Of a stretch of 64,000 nucleotides of DNA, positions 29,081 through 38,803 are shown piece by piece. The translations under genes and the position numbers were made by a program. The notes beneath the pieces were generated by a model. It saw nothing but the letters and a program-made list of their open reading frames with translations, had not been told where the DNA came from and did not search any database. Location: contig CBDCVR010000015.1 in NCBI GenBank assembly GCA_965223155.1, positions 832,001-896,000 of the forward strand. Reading direction: 5' to 3'. This stretch comes from Candidatus Multivoradales bacterium. GTDB lineage: Bacteria > Acidobacteriota > Thermoanaerobaculia > Multivoradales > JAHEKO01. Within the stretch, counting starts at the first letter, position 1. Each line of letters begins with the position of its first letter.

Positions 29081-29998
29081 TCAGAACGGGAGCGGCTCTC
29101 CGCTGGTCTCGGTCTGCGCCTTGTGAAGTTCCTGCAGCCGCTCGGTCACCGGTCCTCGCGCTCCATCGCCGATCTGCCGGCCATCCACCTCGAGGATCGG
29201 GCTCAGCTCGCCGACGGTGCCCGTGGTGAAGGCCTCGTCCGCCGTGTAGAGCTCCGAGAGGCTGAGGTTGCGCTCGCGCGAGGGAATGTCGTTGTCCCGC
29301 GCCAGCTCGAGGACGACGCCGCGGGTAATGCCGGGCAGGCAGCTATCGGCGTGCGGCGTCTGAAGCTCGCCGCGGCGCACCAGAAACAGGTTGGTGGCGT
29401 TGGTTTCGGACAGAAACCCATTGAGATCCAACATGACCGCGTCGTCTACGCCGGCGACGTTGGCCTCGATCTTGGCCAGGATGTTGTTGATCAGGTTGTT
29501 GTGATGGATCTTCGAATCGAGGGTCTGGGGCGAATTGCGCCGTACCGAAGCCGTGACCAGCCGCACTCCCTTCGAGGCATAGATCGGCGCTTTCCACTCG
29601 GCCAAGACGATCAGGCAGCACCCCATGCGGTTGAACTCCGGGCTCATGCCGGAGGTGACCTTGGGACCACGAGTCAAGGTCAGCCGGAGGTGGGCACCGT
29701 CCCGCATGCCGTTGGCCTCCAACGTTTCGAAGATGGCCCCCTTGATCTCGTCGCGGGACGGCACACCGTCGAACGCCATGGTGTGGGCCGAGGCCTCGAG
29801 CCGGTCGAGGTGGGCGTCGAGCTGGAAGATCCGGCCGTCGTAGACCCTGAGACCCTCCCAGACCGCGTCGCCGCCCTGGACGACGCTGTCGAAGACCGAC
29901 ACCGAGGCCAGGTGACGGGATACCAGATCGCCACCCACGTGAACCTTGATGTCGGCATTGCGGGGATCCGGAAGCTCGTCCGGGCGGTAGCTCCTCAT
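29081..29998 (-). CDS. Aminotransferase class IV (BCAT/D-amino acid AT-like)
   Basis: GDAVWEGLR, KIHHNNL, LPGITR, ADEAFTTGT; AGGAG RBS before ATG 29998. Confidence 0.9.
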   Translation of the reverse strand: MRSYRPDELPDPRNADIKVHVGGDLVSRHLASVSVFDSVVQGGDAVWEGLRVYDGRIFQLDAHLDRLEASAHTMAFDGVPSRDEIKGAIFETLEANGMRDGAHLRLTLTRGPKVTSGMSPEFNRMGCCLIVLAEWKAPIYASKGVRLVTASVRRNSPQTLDSKIHHNNLINNILAKIEANVAGVDDAVMLDLNGFLSETNATNLFLVRRGELQTPHADSCLPGITRGVVLELARDNDIPSRERNLSLSELYTADEAFTTGTVGELSPILEVDGRQIGDGARGPVTERLQELHKAQTETSGEPLPF

Positions 29999-30008
29999 GC
30001 TGAGTCTC

Positions 30009-30737
30009 CTAGCCGGCCGCCCGAATGGCCCGAGCGTACAGACGCTGGTAATGAGGGAGGCACTCTTCAAGCAGGCCTTCGAGGTGCTCGGGAACGGGTT
30101 CGGCCTTGGGTCGGTAGGGCATGAAGCCGGTCGAGCGGTGCACGTTCCGGTACCAGTGGGGCGCCCAGACCCCGTCCTCGGCTCTGGCGCCCGCCGGCCA
30201 GGACAGCATCGCGGGATCGAAGTCGATTCCGATCGCCTGGCACAATCGCTCGAGCACCCCGGCCGGATCCAACAGAATCTCGCGCGAATCCACGACCGGC
30301 GGATCCTGGCCGCGGGCGACGAGGTCATCCAGGAGCTCGGTCTGATCGGCCAGCCCGGTGTCTCCGATCCCCGGATTCGGTACCTGGTGCACCAGCGAGG
30401 TCAGGACTTCGGCCGGATCCCGGATCAAGAGCACGTTGACGGTCTCATCCAGAAACGAGGGTTCGAGACCGCGCAAGTGGTGGGCCATCTGCTTGAAGAA
30501 CAGAACCGCCCGGTCGCACGGTCCCAGCACGACCTCTCGCACCACTCGCTCGCCGTCGGTGTCCATCGCGGCCAGCACCTCGTCACGGCCGGGGTGGTCG
30601 ACACCAGACAAAGCGAGGTAGTAGCCGTAGAGCGGCTCGTCCACGACCCGTGTGTCCGAGCGCTGCGCGAACGAGTACATGAGCGCCGTCGAGACATTGC
30701 GCGGACCCGACCAGAGACACAGCCGTAGGACCGACAT
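30009..30737 (-). CDS. Sulfotransferase-like P-loop domain protein partnered with class IV aminotransferase
   Basis: WSGPRNVSTALMYSF, DEPLY, FFKQM, LIRDP, GVWAPHWY. Confidence 0.82.
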   Translation of the reverse strand: MSVLRLCLWSGPRNVSTALMYSFAQRSDTRVVDEPLYGYYLALSGVDHPGRDEVLAAMDTDGERVVREVVLGPCDRAVLFFKQMAHHLRGLEPSFLDETVNVLLIRDPAEVLTSLVHQVPNPGIGDTGLADQTELLDDLVARGQDPPVVDSREILLDPAGVLERLCQAIGIDFDPAMLSWPAGARAEDGVWAPHWYRNVHRSTGFMPYRPKAEPVPEHLEGLLEECLPHYQRLYARAIRAAG

Positions 30738-30749
30738 CGAGGACGTACT

Positions 30750-32543
30750 CTATGCGATCTTGAGGGCGACGATGGTGCGGTCGTCCGAGATCTCGACCCC
30801 GCGCGAGAACGCCCGCACACTCTCGAGGACGCCACGGGCCAGATCCTCCGCCGACACGCCCGCCAGGCGCTCGAGGGTGCCGTGGAGACGCTCCGATCCG
30901 AACTCCTGATCGCGGCCATTGAGGCTCTCGTCGACGCCGTCCGAAGCCAGGACGATCACGTCGCCGGCCTTCAGGTCAATCTCGTGCTGCCGGTAGCTGC
31001 GCTCGCCCAAGAGCCCCAGTGGCACGCCGCTCGCCTCGATCGGCGTCACCGCGCTTTTCCGCACGAGCAGCGGATAAGGCAGCCCGGAGTTAGCGATCGT
31101 CAGGCGGCGCCGATCTCGATCGTAGACCCCGAAGGCCAGGGCCACGAAACGGCTATCGAACCCCAGCCGGATGAGTTTGCGGTTCATCTCTTCCAAGACC
31201 TCGGCGGGAGGCAGGCACTTGCCAGTGGCAAACTCCCTCAGGGTTCCAACCGCCAGCGATCCAAGGAGAGCCGCCGAGGTGCCCTTGCCGGCAACGTCCC
31301 CGACGGCAAAGGCCAGCCTGCCCTCGCCGTACGGAAAGGAGTCGTAGAAATCTCCACCCAGATAGCGCGCGGGCTCGTAGGCAACGCCGATGTCGATGCC
31401 TTCGATGGCGAGCATGGTCTTGGGTAGGAGCTGTTTCTGTACCTCGCGAGCGGTCGACAGGTCCTGCTCGAGGCGCAGCTCATCCTGGCGAAGCTTCTCG
31501 TAGAGGCGGGCGTTCTCGAGCGCGATCGCGAGCGACGTCGCCAGCGTCGACAAGAGCTGCTGGTGCCGGTTGCTGAAAGCGTTGTAGCTCGCGCTCTCGA
31601 GATCAATGACCCCGATCATCCGGTCCTTGAAGACCAGCGGAACCACGAGCTCGGAGCGCACCCGGAGCTCGGTGTTACAGCGGGCGTATCTGGGGTCGAG
31701 ATCCACGTTGGGCACGCGGATGGGTTGGCGCAGCGCCGCGGCCGTGCCGCAGATGCCCTGGCCTAGGGCAACCGGCTCGAGCGAACGCACGGGCCGGCCG
31801 TCCTCGAAAACCGAAAAGAAGGGCTCCAGGTGCTGCTTCGTCTCCTCCCACAGGAAGATGGAGAAGACGTCGTAGTCGACGATTCGTCCCAGCCGGTCGG
31901 CGACTTTGCGCAAGAGCTCACGCCGGTTGAGGATCGCCGTCATCTCGCGGCTGATCTCGTGGAGCAAGGACAGCGAGCGCGCTTGCTCGCGCATGCGCTG
32001 TTGAATCCGGGCGCTCTCGATGGCGCTCGCAAGTTGGTCCGCCAGAAGCTCGAGAAGCTCAAGCGTGTCTCCAGCAAACGCACCCGCCTCTTGGGAGCCG
32101 ACGTCCAGGACTCCGATGACACGATCCTCCACGAACAGCGGGATCGCGACTTCGGAACGGACGTCCGCCGAGGCCGCGATGTATCGGGGCTCGGAGAGGA
32201 CATCGTCCACGACCAGGGTCCCCTTGCGCTCCGCCGCGCTGCCCACGATTCCCTGGCCTATGCCAAAGCGCCAGTGTTCGACGACTTCGCGCGAAAAGCC
32301 CTCGGCGAAGGCGAAGCGCAGCTCGCCGCCGAAATCGTCGAGGAGGAGCACCGCCAGGCTGGCGAAATCCACGATCCCGCGCAGCTGCTCGGCGACTCGA
32401 CCTAAGCCCTCGGCCAGGTCCGAACCGGCATTCAGGCTCTGAACCGAGCGCAAGAGACCGCGCAGAGCACGGTCGTGCGCCAGCCGGCTCTGGGCCGGCC
32501 GGATCCCGGAAGCTCCGGGCTTGGGTTGGGAAGTCTGGCTCAC
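30750..32543 (-). CDS. GAF-GAF-SpoIIE (PP2C, RsbU-like) phosphatase
   Basis: Two GAF domains; GGDFYD, GDVAGKG, SDGV, DDRTIV; start taken at GTG 32543 after GGAGG. Confidence 0.9.
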   Translation of the reverse strand: MSQTSQPKPGASGIRPAQSRLAHDRALRGLLRSVQSLNAGSDLAEGLGRVAEQLRGIVDFASLAVLLLDDFGGELRFAFAEGFSREVVEHWRFGIGQGIVGSAAERKGTLVVDDVLSEPRYIAASADVRSEVAIPLFVEDRVIGVLDVGSQEAGAFAGDTLELLELLADQLASAIESARIQQRMREQARSLSLLHEISREMTAILNRRELLRKVADRLGRIVDYDVFSIFLWEETKQHLEPFFSVFEDGRPVRSLEPVALGQGICGTAAALRQPIRVPNVDLDPRYARCNTELRVRSELVVPLVFKDRMIGVIDLESASYNAFSNRHQQLLSTLATSLAIALENARLYEKLRQDELRLEQDLSTAREVQKQLLPKTMLAIEGIDIGVAYEPARYLGGDFYDSFPYGEGRLAFAVGDVAGKGTSAALLGSLAVGTLREFATGKCLPPAEVLEEMNRKLIRLGFDSRFVALAFGVYDRDRRRLTIANSGLPYPLLVRKSAVTPIEASGVPLGLLGERSYRQHEIDLKAGDVIVLASDGVDESLNGRDQEFGSERLHGTLERLAGVSAEDLARGVLESVRAFSRGVEISDDRTIVALKIA

Positions 32544-32629
32544 GGAACCTCCTAGGCCTCCAACAGGGAATCTATCGACTTTCTTCCCAGGCTCCCAGGG
32601 GGATTTGACAGAATCATGCCTCTTCCGAG

Positions 32630-34150
32630 ATGGCCGTAGATTCGCAAAGCGCGCTCTTCGTTCTTGCCTGCCTCTTGTTCGAGCTGGGCATTGTCGCGAT
32701 CCCCATCTTCTACCTCTTTCGGATTCGGCGGCGGGTCGGCATCGGTCCGCTCCTGGTCCTGCTGGGCTCGAACCAGGTCCTGGCGGTCGTCCTGGCCTCG
32801 ACCGTCTACTTCGAGATCCAGCCAGGCCTCCTGGTCTCACCGGGCTCGGCGGTGCTCTTTACCGGTCTGATCGCCGCCGCCCTGCTGGTGTATCTGCGCG
32901 AAGACATTCCCAAGACGCGCAGCCTTCTCTTCGCTTTCGTGCTGGTCAACGCCTCGATCTTCGTTCTGCTCTGGTTGACCGGGTACCAAATGGTTGCCCT
33001 GCCGAGCCAGAACCTGCTCGAGGTTCCGATTGAACTCTTTGAGCTCAATCCCAGGGTGATGGCAGCCGGCACCTTGGCGCTGACTCTCGACGTGTTCCTG
33101 CTCGCGATCTTCTGGGAGGCGTTGCGCCGGTCGCTTCCCAACCTGCCGCGAGCTCTCCGGGTGCTCCTCGTCATTGTTGCCGTGCTTTGTGTCGATGCAG
33201 CCGTCTTCACCACGGTGGCGTTCTGGGGCAGCCCCAATCTCGACGCGCTTCTGGAGGGCCAGCTCGTCACCAAGGTCTTCTTTGGCGTCATCTGGGGCGG
33301 CCTTCTTTCAGCCTACCTCCGCTGGGTGGAGCCGATTGCGGTGCGTTCCATGCAGGAAACCGGCGAGCTCGCGGTCTTTTCGATCCTGACCTACAGGGAG
33401 CGCATCGAGCAGGTCCGGATGGAGCTCGAGGCCGAGCGCTCAGCCAATATCGCAAAGACTCGCTTCCTGGCCCATATGAGCCACGAGTTGCGCACGCCTC
33501 TCAATGCCATCTTAGGATTTACCAAGCTCCTTCAGTCGCCCTCGGCACCGGCCGCCGAGGACCAGAGGCGCCTTTACCTCGAACGGGTCTTCGACAACGG
33601 CCGCCACCTTCTCCATCTGATCAACGGCATCCTGGATCTGTCCAAGATCGAAGCCGGCAAGATCGATATCCATATCGAGCCGGTCGAGGTGGGCTCGCTG
33701 GTCGAGCGCACCATCGAAGAGCTGCGCAGCCAGGCCGCCGCCAAGGAACTCGCTCTCGAAACCCACATCCCGGCCGGAGCGGTCACGCTGGTCACCGACC
33801 CGGTGCGGCTCAAGCAGATCGTCATCAACCTGGTCGGCAACGCGATCAAGTTCACCCACACCGGAGGCGTTCGAATCCAGCTCGGCGAAAGCGCGCACCG
33901 CTGGCACCTCGAAGTCACCGATACCGGCATCGGCATTCCGGCCGACCAGATCGACCGGGTCTTCGAACCGTTCACTCAGGTCGAGGGAGGCCTCTCCCGC
34001 CGCCATCCCGGCACCGGCCTCGGACTGGCCATCACCAGAGCCTTGTGCGAGCAACTTGGGTTTGCCATCTCGATCGACAGCCGGGAAGGTAACGGTACGA
34101 GCATCCGCGTCGAGCTTCAGGATTTCCACGAAGGGCAGGTCGTCGCATGA
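32630..34150 (+). CDS. Sensor histidine kinase with YhhQ/Vut-like multi-TM input domain
   Basis: About 8 TM N-terminus; MSHELRTPLN, NLVGNAIKF, DTGIGI, GTGLGL. Confidence 0.88.
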   Translation: MAVDSQSALFVLACLLFELGIVAIPIFYLFRIRRRVGIGPLLVLLGSNQVLAVVLASTVYFEIQPGLLVSPGSAVLFTGLIAAALLVYLREDIPKTRSLLFAFVLVNASIFVLLWLTGYQMVALPSQNLLEVPIELFELNPRVMAAGTLALTLDVFLLAIFWEALRRSLPNLPRALRVLLVIVAVLCVDAAVFTTVAFWGSPNLDALLEGQLVTKVFFGVIWGGLLSAYLRWVEPIAVRSMQETGELAVFSILTYRERIEQVRMELEAERSANIAKTRFLAHMSHELRTPLNAILGFTKLLQSPSAPAAEDQRRLYLERVFDNGRHLLHLINGILDLSKIEAGKIDIHIEPVEVGSLVERTIEELRSQAAAKELALETHIPAGAVTLVTDPVRLKQIVINLVGNAIKFTHTGGVRIQLGESAHRWHLEVTDTGIGIPADQIDRVFEPFTQVEGGLSRRHPGTGLGLAITRALCEQLGFAISIDSREGNGTSIRVELQDFHEGQVVA

Positions 34151-36111
34151 GCCAAGAACGAGCATCTGAGCTCCCATCCGAGATGGCGCCGTCGCGCTAC
34201 ATCGAGAAGGTCCGTCTCGCGACCGGAGAGATCCTGGAGGACGCGATCGAACCGCGGCGGCTCTTGGTGCACACCCACCGGGACTACCACGTCGTCGATA
34301 TCCACGCTCGCTACATGATGAGCCGGGTGGTCAAGGCCACCGGCGACGAGAGCGCGGCCCGGCGCAAGATGAAGGAGATGCGCGCCCTCGGCCAGCGCAC
34401 CTCGCGGATGCTGGCCAAGATGATCGGCGAAGAGAATCCAGAACGCATCTCCAAGGCTCTTTTCGGCCTCAAGGATCGCGACTATTACTTCCGCTACCGC
34501 CGTCACCCTCTAACCGGCGACGAGATCGCGGCCAGGATTGGCGAGTTGCGCAGGCGGGCCGCCGGCCAGCTGGAACGGAACCGCGAGGACGGCCGTCTGG
34601 CGTTACGCGTGCTTCTCACTGGGGGCACCGGCTTCGTCGGTAAAGAAACTCTCTGGCAGGCGGCTTCCGACCCCGAGATCGCCGAGGTCGTGGTGGTCAT
34701 TCGTCCCAAGACCATCCGCGACCGCAAGACCGGCGAGGTACTCGACGTGCTCGATCCCGCCGACCGCGGCAGGCTGCTTCTCGAGGAGCTCTGGCTCGCC
34801 GACCATCCCGACCGCTCGAAGTTTCGCTTCATCGGCGGCGACGTCGAGGAGCCCAACCTGGGGATTGCCGAGGACGTGCTCGCGACGCTTCGAGCCACCC
34901 TGACCCACGTCATTCACTGCGCCGCTAGCGTCGCCTTCGACGACCCCTATGAGGCGTCCTTTCGCGCCAACGTCAACGGCACGGTCAACGCGCTCGAGTT
35001 CTCACTCGGGCTCCAGGAGGCCCCGGGCAGTCCCTTCGTCTCGCACCTGTCGGTCGAGACTTCGTACATCCACGGACGTCAGACCAAGGAGGTGGCGCGC
35101 GAGGACGAGGTCGTCTTCCCACGTAACTTCTACAACAACTACTACGAGCTCACCAAGGCGATGGCGTCGATCGAGACCGAGCGCTTCATGCTCGAACGCG
35201 GTCTGCGGGTAGCACAGGTCTGCCCGGCGATCGTCATCGGTGAGTCCCGAGCCGGCAACAATCGCGGTGACACCAAGGTCGTCAACGCCCCGGTCAACGT
35301 CTTCGGTCGAGCCCAGCAGGCGATTACAGGACGGTTCGGCGAAGGCAAAGCCGAGCCCCGATCCGATCGATCCGGCCGGCCCGGCCGATCCGGCGGCCGC
35401 GTGCGCTGGCGGGATCGCTCGAAGGCGGCGGCAATCGCTCGCCTGGCGTGCATCTTTCCCGGCGATCCTTCCGCCCAGATCAACTTGATCCCGGTCGACC
35501 GGGTCGCCGCGGGCATGCTGGCCGCGCTCAAACGCGCCGAAGCAGTTGGCGAGCGCGTACACCTCGCCAGCGACACCCGGATCACCTCCAAGCAGATTCA
35601 GACCATCGTCAAGGAAGAACTTGGCGTCGACGTGCGCTTGACCGAGCCGACGCTCCACCGCACCGTCACCCTGCCGCTCCTGACCAAGGTCCTGACCCGC
35701 CTAGGCCAAGGACGGACCGCCAACGCTCTCGAGAAGCTGGGCGGCATCTTTGGCGGCTACAGTGAGTGGGGGCAGCCCGTGCACCAGGTAGGAAAGGACG
35801 TCGAGGTCCTGGGCCTGCCGGCCGAGCGGCCCCAGGCAGAGCACGCTTTTCGCATGCTCTGTCGCCACAACAAGTGGGTCCAGAACTTCGGTCAGATCCG
35901 GGACCCCTTGGAGATCTCGCGCCGGGAGCGCATCTGGTGGAGCTTCATCCAGGATCTGGAGCAGCGCCATGGCAAGCCCGCGGGCGCCATCCCGAGCGAC
36001 GAGTTTCTGACTGAGCTCGAGAAGGCTCTAGACACGGAGGCCTTCGAGGCGCGCCCGCCGGGCTCCCGGGTACCCTCAAGTCCGGCTCACGAGGGTTCGG
36101 AGACGGCCTGA
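34147..36111 (+). CDS. Extended SDR / fatty acyl-CoA reductase-like (NAD_binding_4) protein with N-terminal extension
   Basis: TGGTGFVG, HCAASV, YELTK (YxxxK), PVDRVA; ATGA overlap with the kinase. Confidence 0.75.
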   Translation: MSQERASELPSEMAPSRYIEKVRLATGEILEDAIEPRRLLVHTHRDYHVVDIHARYMMSRVVKATGDESAARRKMKEMRALGQRTSRMLAKMIGEENPERISKALFGLKDRDYYFRYRRHPLTGDEIAARIGELRRRAAGQLERNREDGRLALRVLLTGGTGFVGKETLWQAASDPEIAEVVVVIRPKTIRDRKTGEVLDVLDPADRGRLLLEELWLADHPDRSKFRFIGGDVEEPNLGIAEDVLATLRATLTHVIHCAASVAFDDPYEASFRANVNGTVNALEFSLGLQEAPGSPFVSHLSVETSYIHGRQTKEVAREDEVVFPRNFYNNYYELTKAMASIETERFMLERGLRVAQVCPAIVIGESRAGNNRGDTKVVNAPVNVFGRAQQAITGRFGEGKAEPRSDRSGRPGRSGGRVRWRDRSKAAAIARLACIFPGDPSAQINLIPVDRVAAGMLAALKRAEAVGERVHLASDTRITSKQIQTIVKEELGVDVRLTEPTLHRTVTLPLLTKVLTRLGQGRTANALEKLGGIFGGYSEWGQPVHQVGKDVEVLGLPAERPQAEHAFRMLCRHNKWVQNFGQIRDPLEISRRERIWWSFIQDLEQRHGKPAGAIPSDEFLTELEKALDTEAFEARPPGSRVPSSPAHEGSETA

Positions 36112-37007
36112 GAAGGCCTCTTTGCAATCGCCTTGGTCATGACGATCGCACGGCCAGAGTCCTCGTGCCGAACGGTGTCCATGAACGCCGCGATTAGGTA
36201 AAGGCCGCGGCCGCTGGTCTTCAGCAGATTCTCCGGATCGGTCGGGTTGGGTATCGCGCTCGGGTCAAAGCCGCGGCCTTCGTCCCGGACCACGCATCGG
36301 AACTGGCCGGGGGTGAGCTCGATCTCCACGGTCACCCGCCGCCGGGCGAAGCCGGGCTGGCCCAGCCGTTTCTCCACCTGAGCCGAATACACCAGGGAGG
36401 ACTCCTCGCGAAGCTCCGAGCTGACTTCCAGATTGCCGTGGTGCATGGCGTTGCGAACCGCTTCCTGCACCGCGACGCCAACCTGCATGGCCGAGACTTC
36501 ATCCTCCGACAGCCGGCGCTCGACCAGAAGGCTCTGGACAAAGTGGACCAGCGGCGGAATCAAGATCTCTTCATTCGCCAAGCGAAACTCGAATCGCGAG
36601 CTCATGAGGTGCGACAGAAGACGGGCCCGCTCGCGGTGCTGGTTGGCCACCGCCAAGACGCTCTCGACCGTCGGAACGAGATCGCCCATGATGCGCCGCT
36701 TGGGCACGTAGCTGACGGCACCTTTCTTCAAAGCTCTCTGCGCCACCTCACCACTACCGAAGGCGGTTACCAGAATCACCGGCAGGTTCGGATGCTTCTC
36801 GCGGACCTTCTCGACCAGGACCATGCCGTTCATGCCGGGCATCACGAGGTCCGTGACGACCGCGTCTGGGCGCTTCGTATCGAGGAGCTCGAGAGCACTC
36901 TCGACACTGTCGGCAGCGCGGGTCTCCAGACCGGCCTTCTCCAGGAGCGCTCGGATGAGGAGCACCTGGTCGCCGCTGTCGTCAACAACCAGAACTTCGT
37001 TCGCCAT
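36087..37007 (-). CDS. Response regulator with C-terminal RsbW-like HATPase domain
   Basis: REC (VDD, TDLVMP, VPK); EAVRNAMHHGN, DEGRGFD, GRGLYLI; start ATG 37007. Confidence 0.87.
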   Translation of the reverse strand: MANEVLVVDDSGDQVLLIRALLEKAGLETRAADSVESALELLDTKRPDAVVTDLVMPGMNGMVLVEKVREKHPNLPVILVTAFGSGEVAQRALKKGAVSYVPKRRIMGDLVPTVESVLAVANQHRERARLLSHLMSSRFEFRLANEEILIPPLVHFVQSLLVERRLSEDEVSAMQVGVAVQEAVRNAMHHGNLEVSSELREESSLVYSAQVEKRLGQPGFARRRVTVEIELTPGQFRCVVRDEGRGFDPSAIPNPTDPENLLKTSGRGLYLIAAFMDTVRHEDSGRAIVMTKAIAKRPSQAVSEPS

Positions 37008-37047
37008 GCAATCGCTTTCTTGGGCCGGCAGTCTATACTTTTCGGGT

Positions 37048-38652
37048 TTGGGAGCCTTTCGCCGCCGCGCCGATTCGAACCCGCCAAGCTCCGCGTCGAT
37101 CCGCAGTCCGGAACCGGTCGTGGAAACCGCCCACGGCAGGCTCCGGGGCGTGGCGCTCGAGACCGGAGTGTTCCGCTTCTCCGGCATTCCTTTCGCGGCG
37201 CCGCCTGTCGGGGCCCTGCGCTTCGCCGACCCCCAGCCACCCGAGCCGTGGCCCGGCATCCGCCCCGCCGGTGAGGTCGGCCCGGCGGCGCCCCAGCTCG
37301 CGGTCGGCGCCATGGGGCCCATCGGACGCTTGTCACGCCTGGTTCGCGGCCCCATGGCCGAGGACTGCCTGACCCTCAATGTCTGGACGCCGGGCCTCGG
37401 CGGCGCTTCGCGGCCGGTCCTGGTCTGGTTCCATGGTGGCGCGTTTGTCTTGGGCGCGGGCTCGACGTTTCTCTACGATGCCGCCCATCTGGCGGCAAGC
37501 GGAGACGTCGTGGTGGTCTCGGTCAACTACCGTCTGGGGGCCCTCGGCTTCCTGGACCTCACGCGCCTCACCCGCAGGCGAGACGCACCCTCCAATCTGG
37601 GGCTGAAGGATCAGATCGCCGCTTTGCATTGGGTGCGGGACACGATCGCCGCCTTCGGAGGCGCCGCCGACCAGGTCACGGTCTTCGGAGAATCGGCCGG
37701 AGCGATGAGCGTGGGCACCCTGCTGGCGGCCGCACCCCATCTGTTTCGCCGCGCGATCCTCCAGAGCGGAGCCGCCGCCAACGTTTCGTCTCCCGCCGAG
37801 GCGGCCTACGTCGCGGCCCAGTTCCTGGACGCTCTGGAGGTCGATCCGGATCGGTTCGAAAGGCTGCGCGAGATCGACATCGAGACGATCTTGAAGGCTC
37901 AAAGATCGGTCTTGTTCGGAGAATGGCGCCGCATGGGCCGGCTGCCATGGCAGCCGAGCGTCGACGGCACGACGGTGCCGAACGCGCCGGTCGCAGACAT
38001 CGCCCGCGGGCGCGCCGGCAACATCGACATCCTCCTCGGCACCAACCTGGACGAGTGGAAGCTCTTTACCGCCGGCGCGGTCATGCTGCGGGGCATGAGC
38101 CATCGGGATCTGGAGACAAGGATCGCCTGGAGCCTCCGGCTCTGGGGCATCCGACACGCGCAGGCGGCCGAGGTTCGGAACTACTACCTAGACCTTGTCG
38201 CCCGGCGCAAGCGCCGGCCGACGCCCTACGAGGCCTGGGTGGCGTTTCGAAGCGACCAGTTCTTTCGGATGCCGGCCCGCGATCTCGCCAATCGCCAGAG
38301 CCGGCACACCGGCGCCGTGTTTCTGTACCGCTTCGATCAGCCGATACCCGCGTTTCGCCACTCACTGGGCGCTTGCCACGCAGCCGAGGTTCCCTTGGTC
38401 TTCGGCACCCATCGCACCGCCCTGCTCCGGCCGCTCTATCTCGGCAGCCGCCGCATCGACAGCCTCTCCCGGCTGATGCAATCCGCCTGGCTCTCCTTCG
38501 CCCGTACCGGGCGGCCCGAAGACGACGAGATCGGTCCTTGGCCCGAATTCGAGCCGGAGGGCGACTCCACCCGGGCGCTGGGCTCTCCAGAAACCGTACT
38601 CCGGGAGGTCGACGAGACCAGCCTCGACCTCTGGCTGCGGCCGGCCGGGTAG
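37048..38652 (+). CDS. Carboxylesterase type B (pNB esterase-like)
   Basis: EDCLTLNVWTP, HGGAF, FGESAG nucleophile, GACHAAE; start uncertain (TTG 37048 or GTG 37120). Confidence 0.9.
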   Translation: MGAFRRRADSNPPSSASIRSPEPVVETAHGRLRGVALETGVFRFSGIPFAAPPVGALRFADPQPPEPWPGIRPAGEVGPAAPQLAVGAMGPIGRLSRLVRGPMAEDCLTLNVWTPGLGGASRPVLVWFHGGAFVLGAGSTFLYDAAHLAASGDVVVVSVNYRLGALGFLDLTRLTRRRDAPSNLGLKDQIAALHWVRDTIAAFGGAADQVTVFGESAGAMSVGTLLAAAPHLFRRAILQSGAAANVSSPAEAAYVAAQFLDALEVDPDRFERLREIDIETILKAQRSVLFGEWRRMGRLPWQPSVDGTTVPNAPVADIARGRAGNIDILLGTNLDEWKLFTAGAVMLRGMSHRDLETRIAWSLRLWGIRHAQAAEVRNYYLDLVARRKRRPTPYEAWVAFRSDQFFRMPARDLANRQSRHTGAVFLYRFDQPIPAFRHSLGACHAAEVPLVFGTHRTALLRPLYLGSRRIDSLSRLMQSAWLSFARTGRPEDDEIGPWPEFEPEGDSTRALGSPETVLREVDETSLDLWLRPAG

Positions 38653-38726
38653 GGCGGTGGGCCCGGTCCGAGCCGGCCGGAGCCGGTCGAAAGCAGGCCC
38701 GACCAAGTTTGATCAGGACCGAGGCC

Positions 38727-38771
38727 TTGACAGAGGAGCCCTTCCAGAGTACTCTTTTTGAGTACTCAAAA
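38727..38771 (+). promoter_or_regulatory. sigma70 promoter with overlapping palindromic operator
   Basis: TTGACA 38727-38732, 17 nt, TACTCT 38750-38755; perfect palindrome TTTTGAGTACTCAAAA 38756-38771; second palindrome AGAGTACTCT 38746-38755. Confidence 0.75.
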
Positions 38772-38803
38772 TTCCTTGCGCCGCTTACTCCGGTTAGACC
38801 ACC

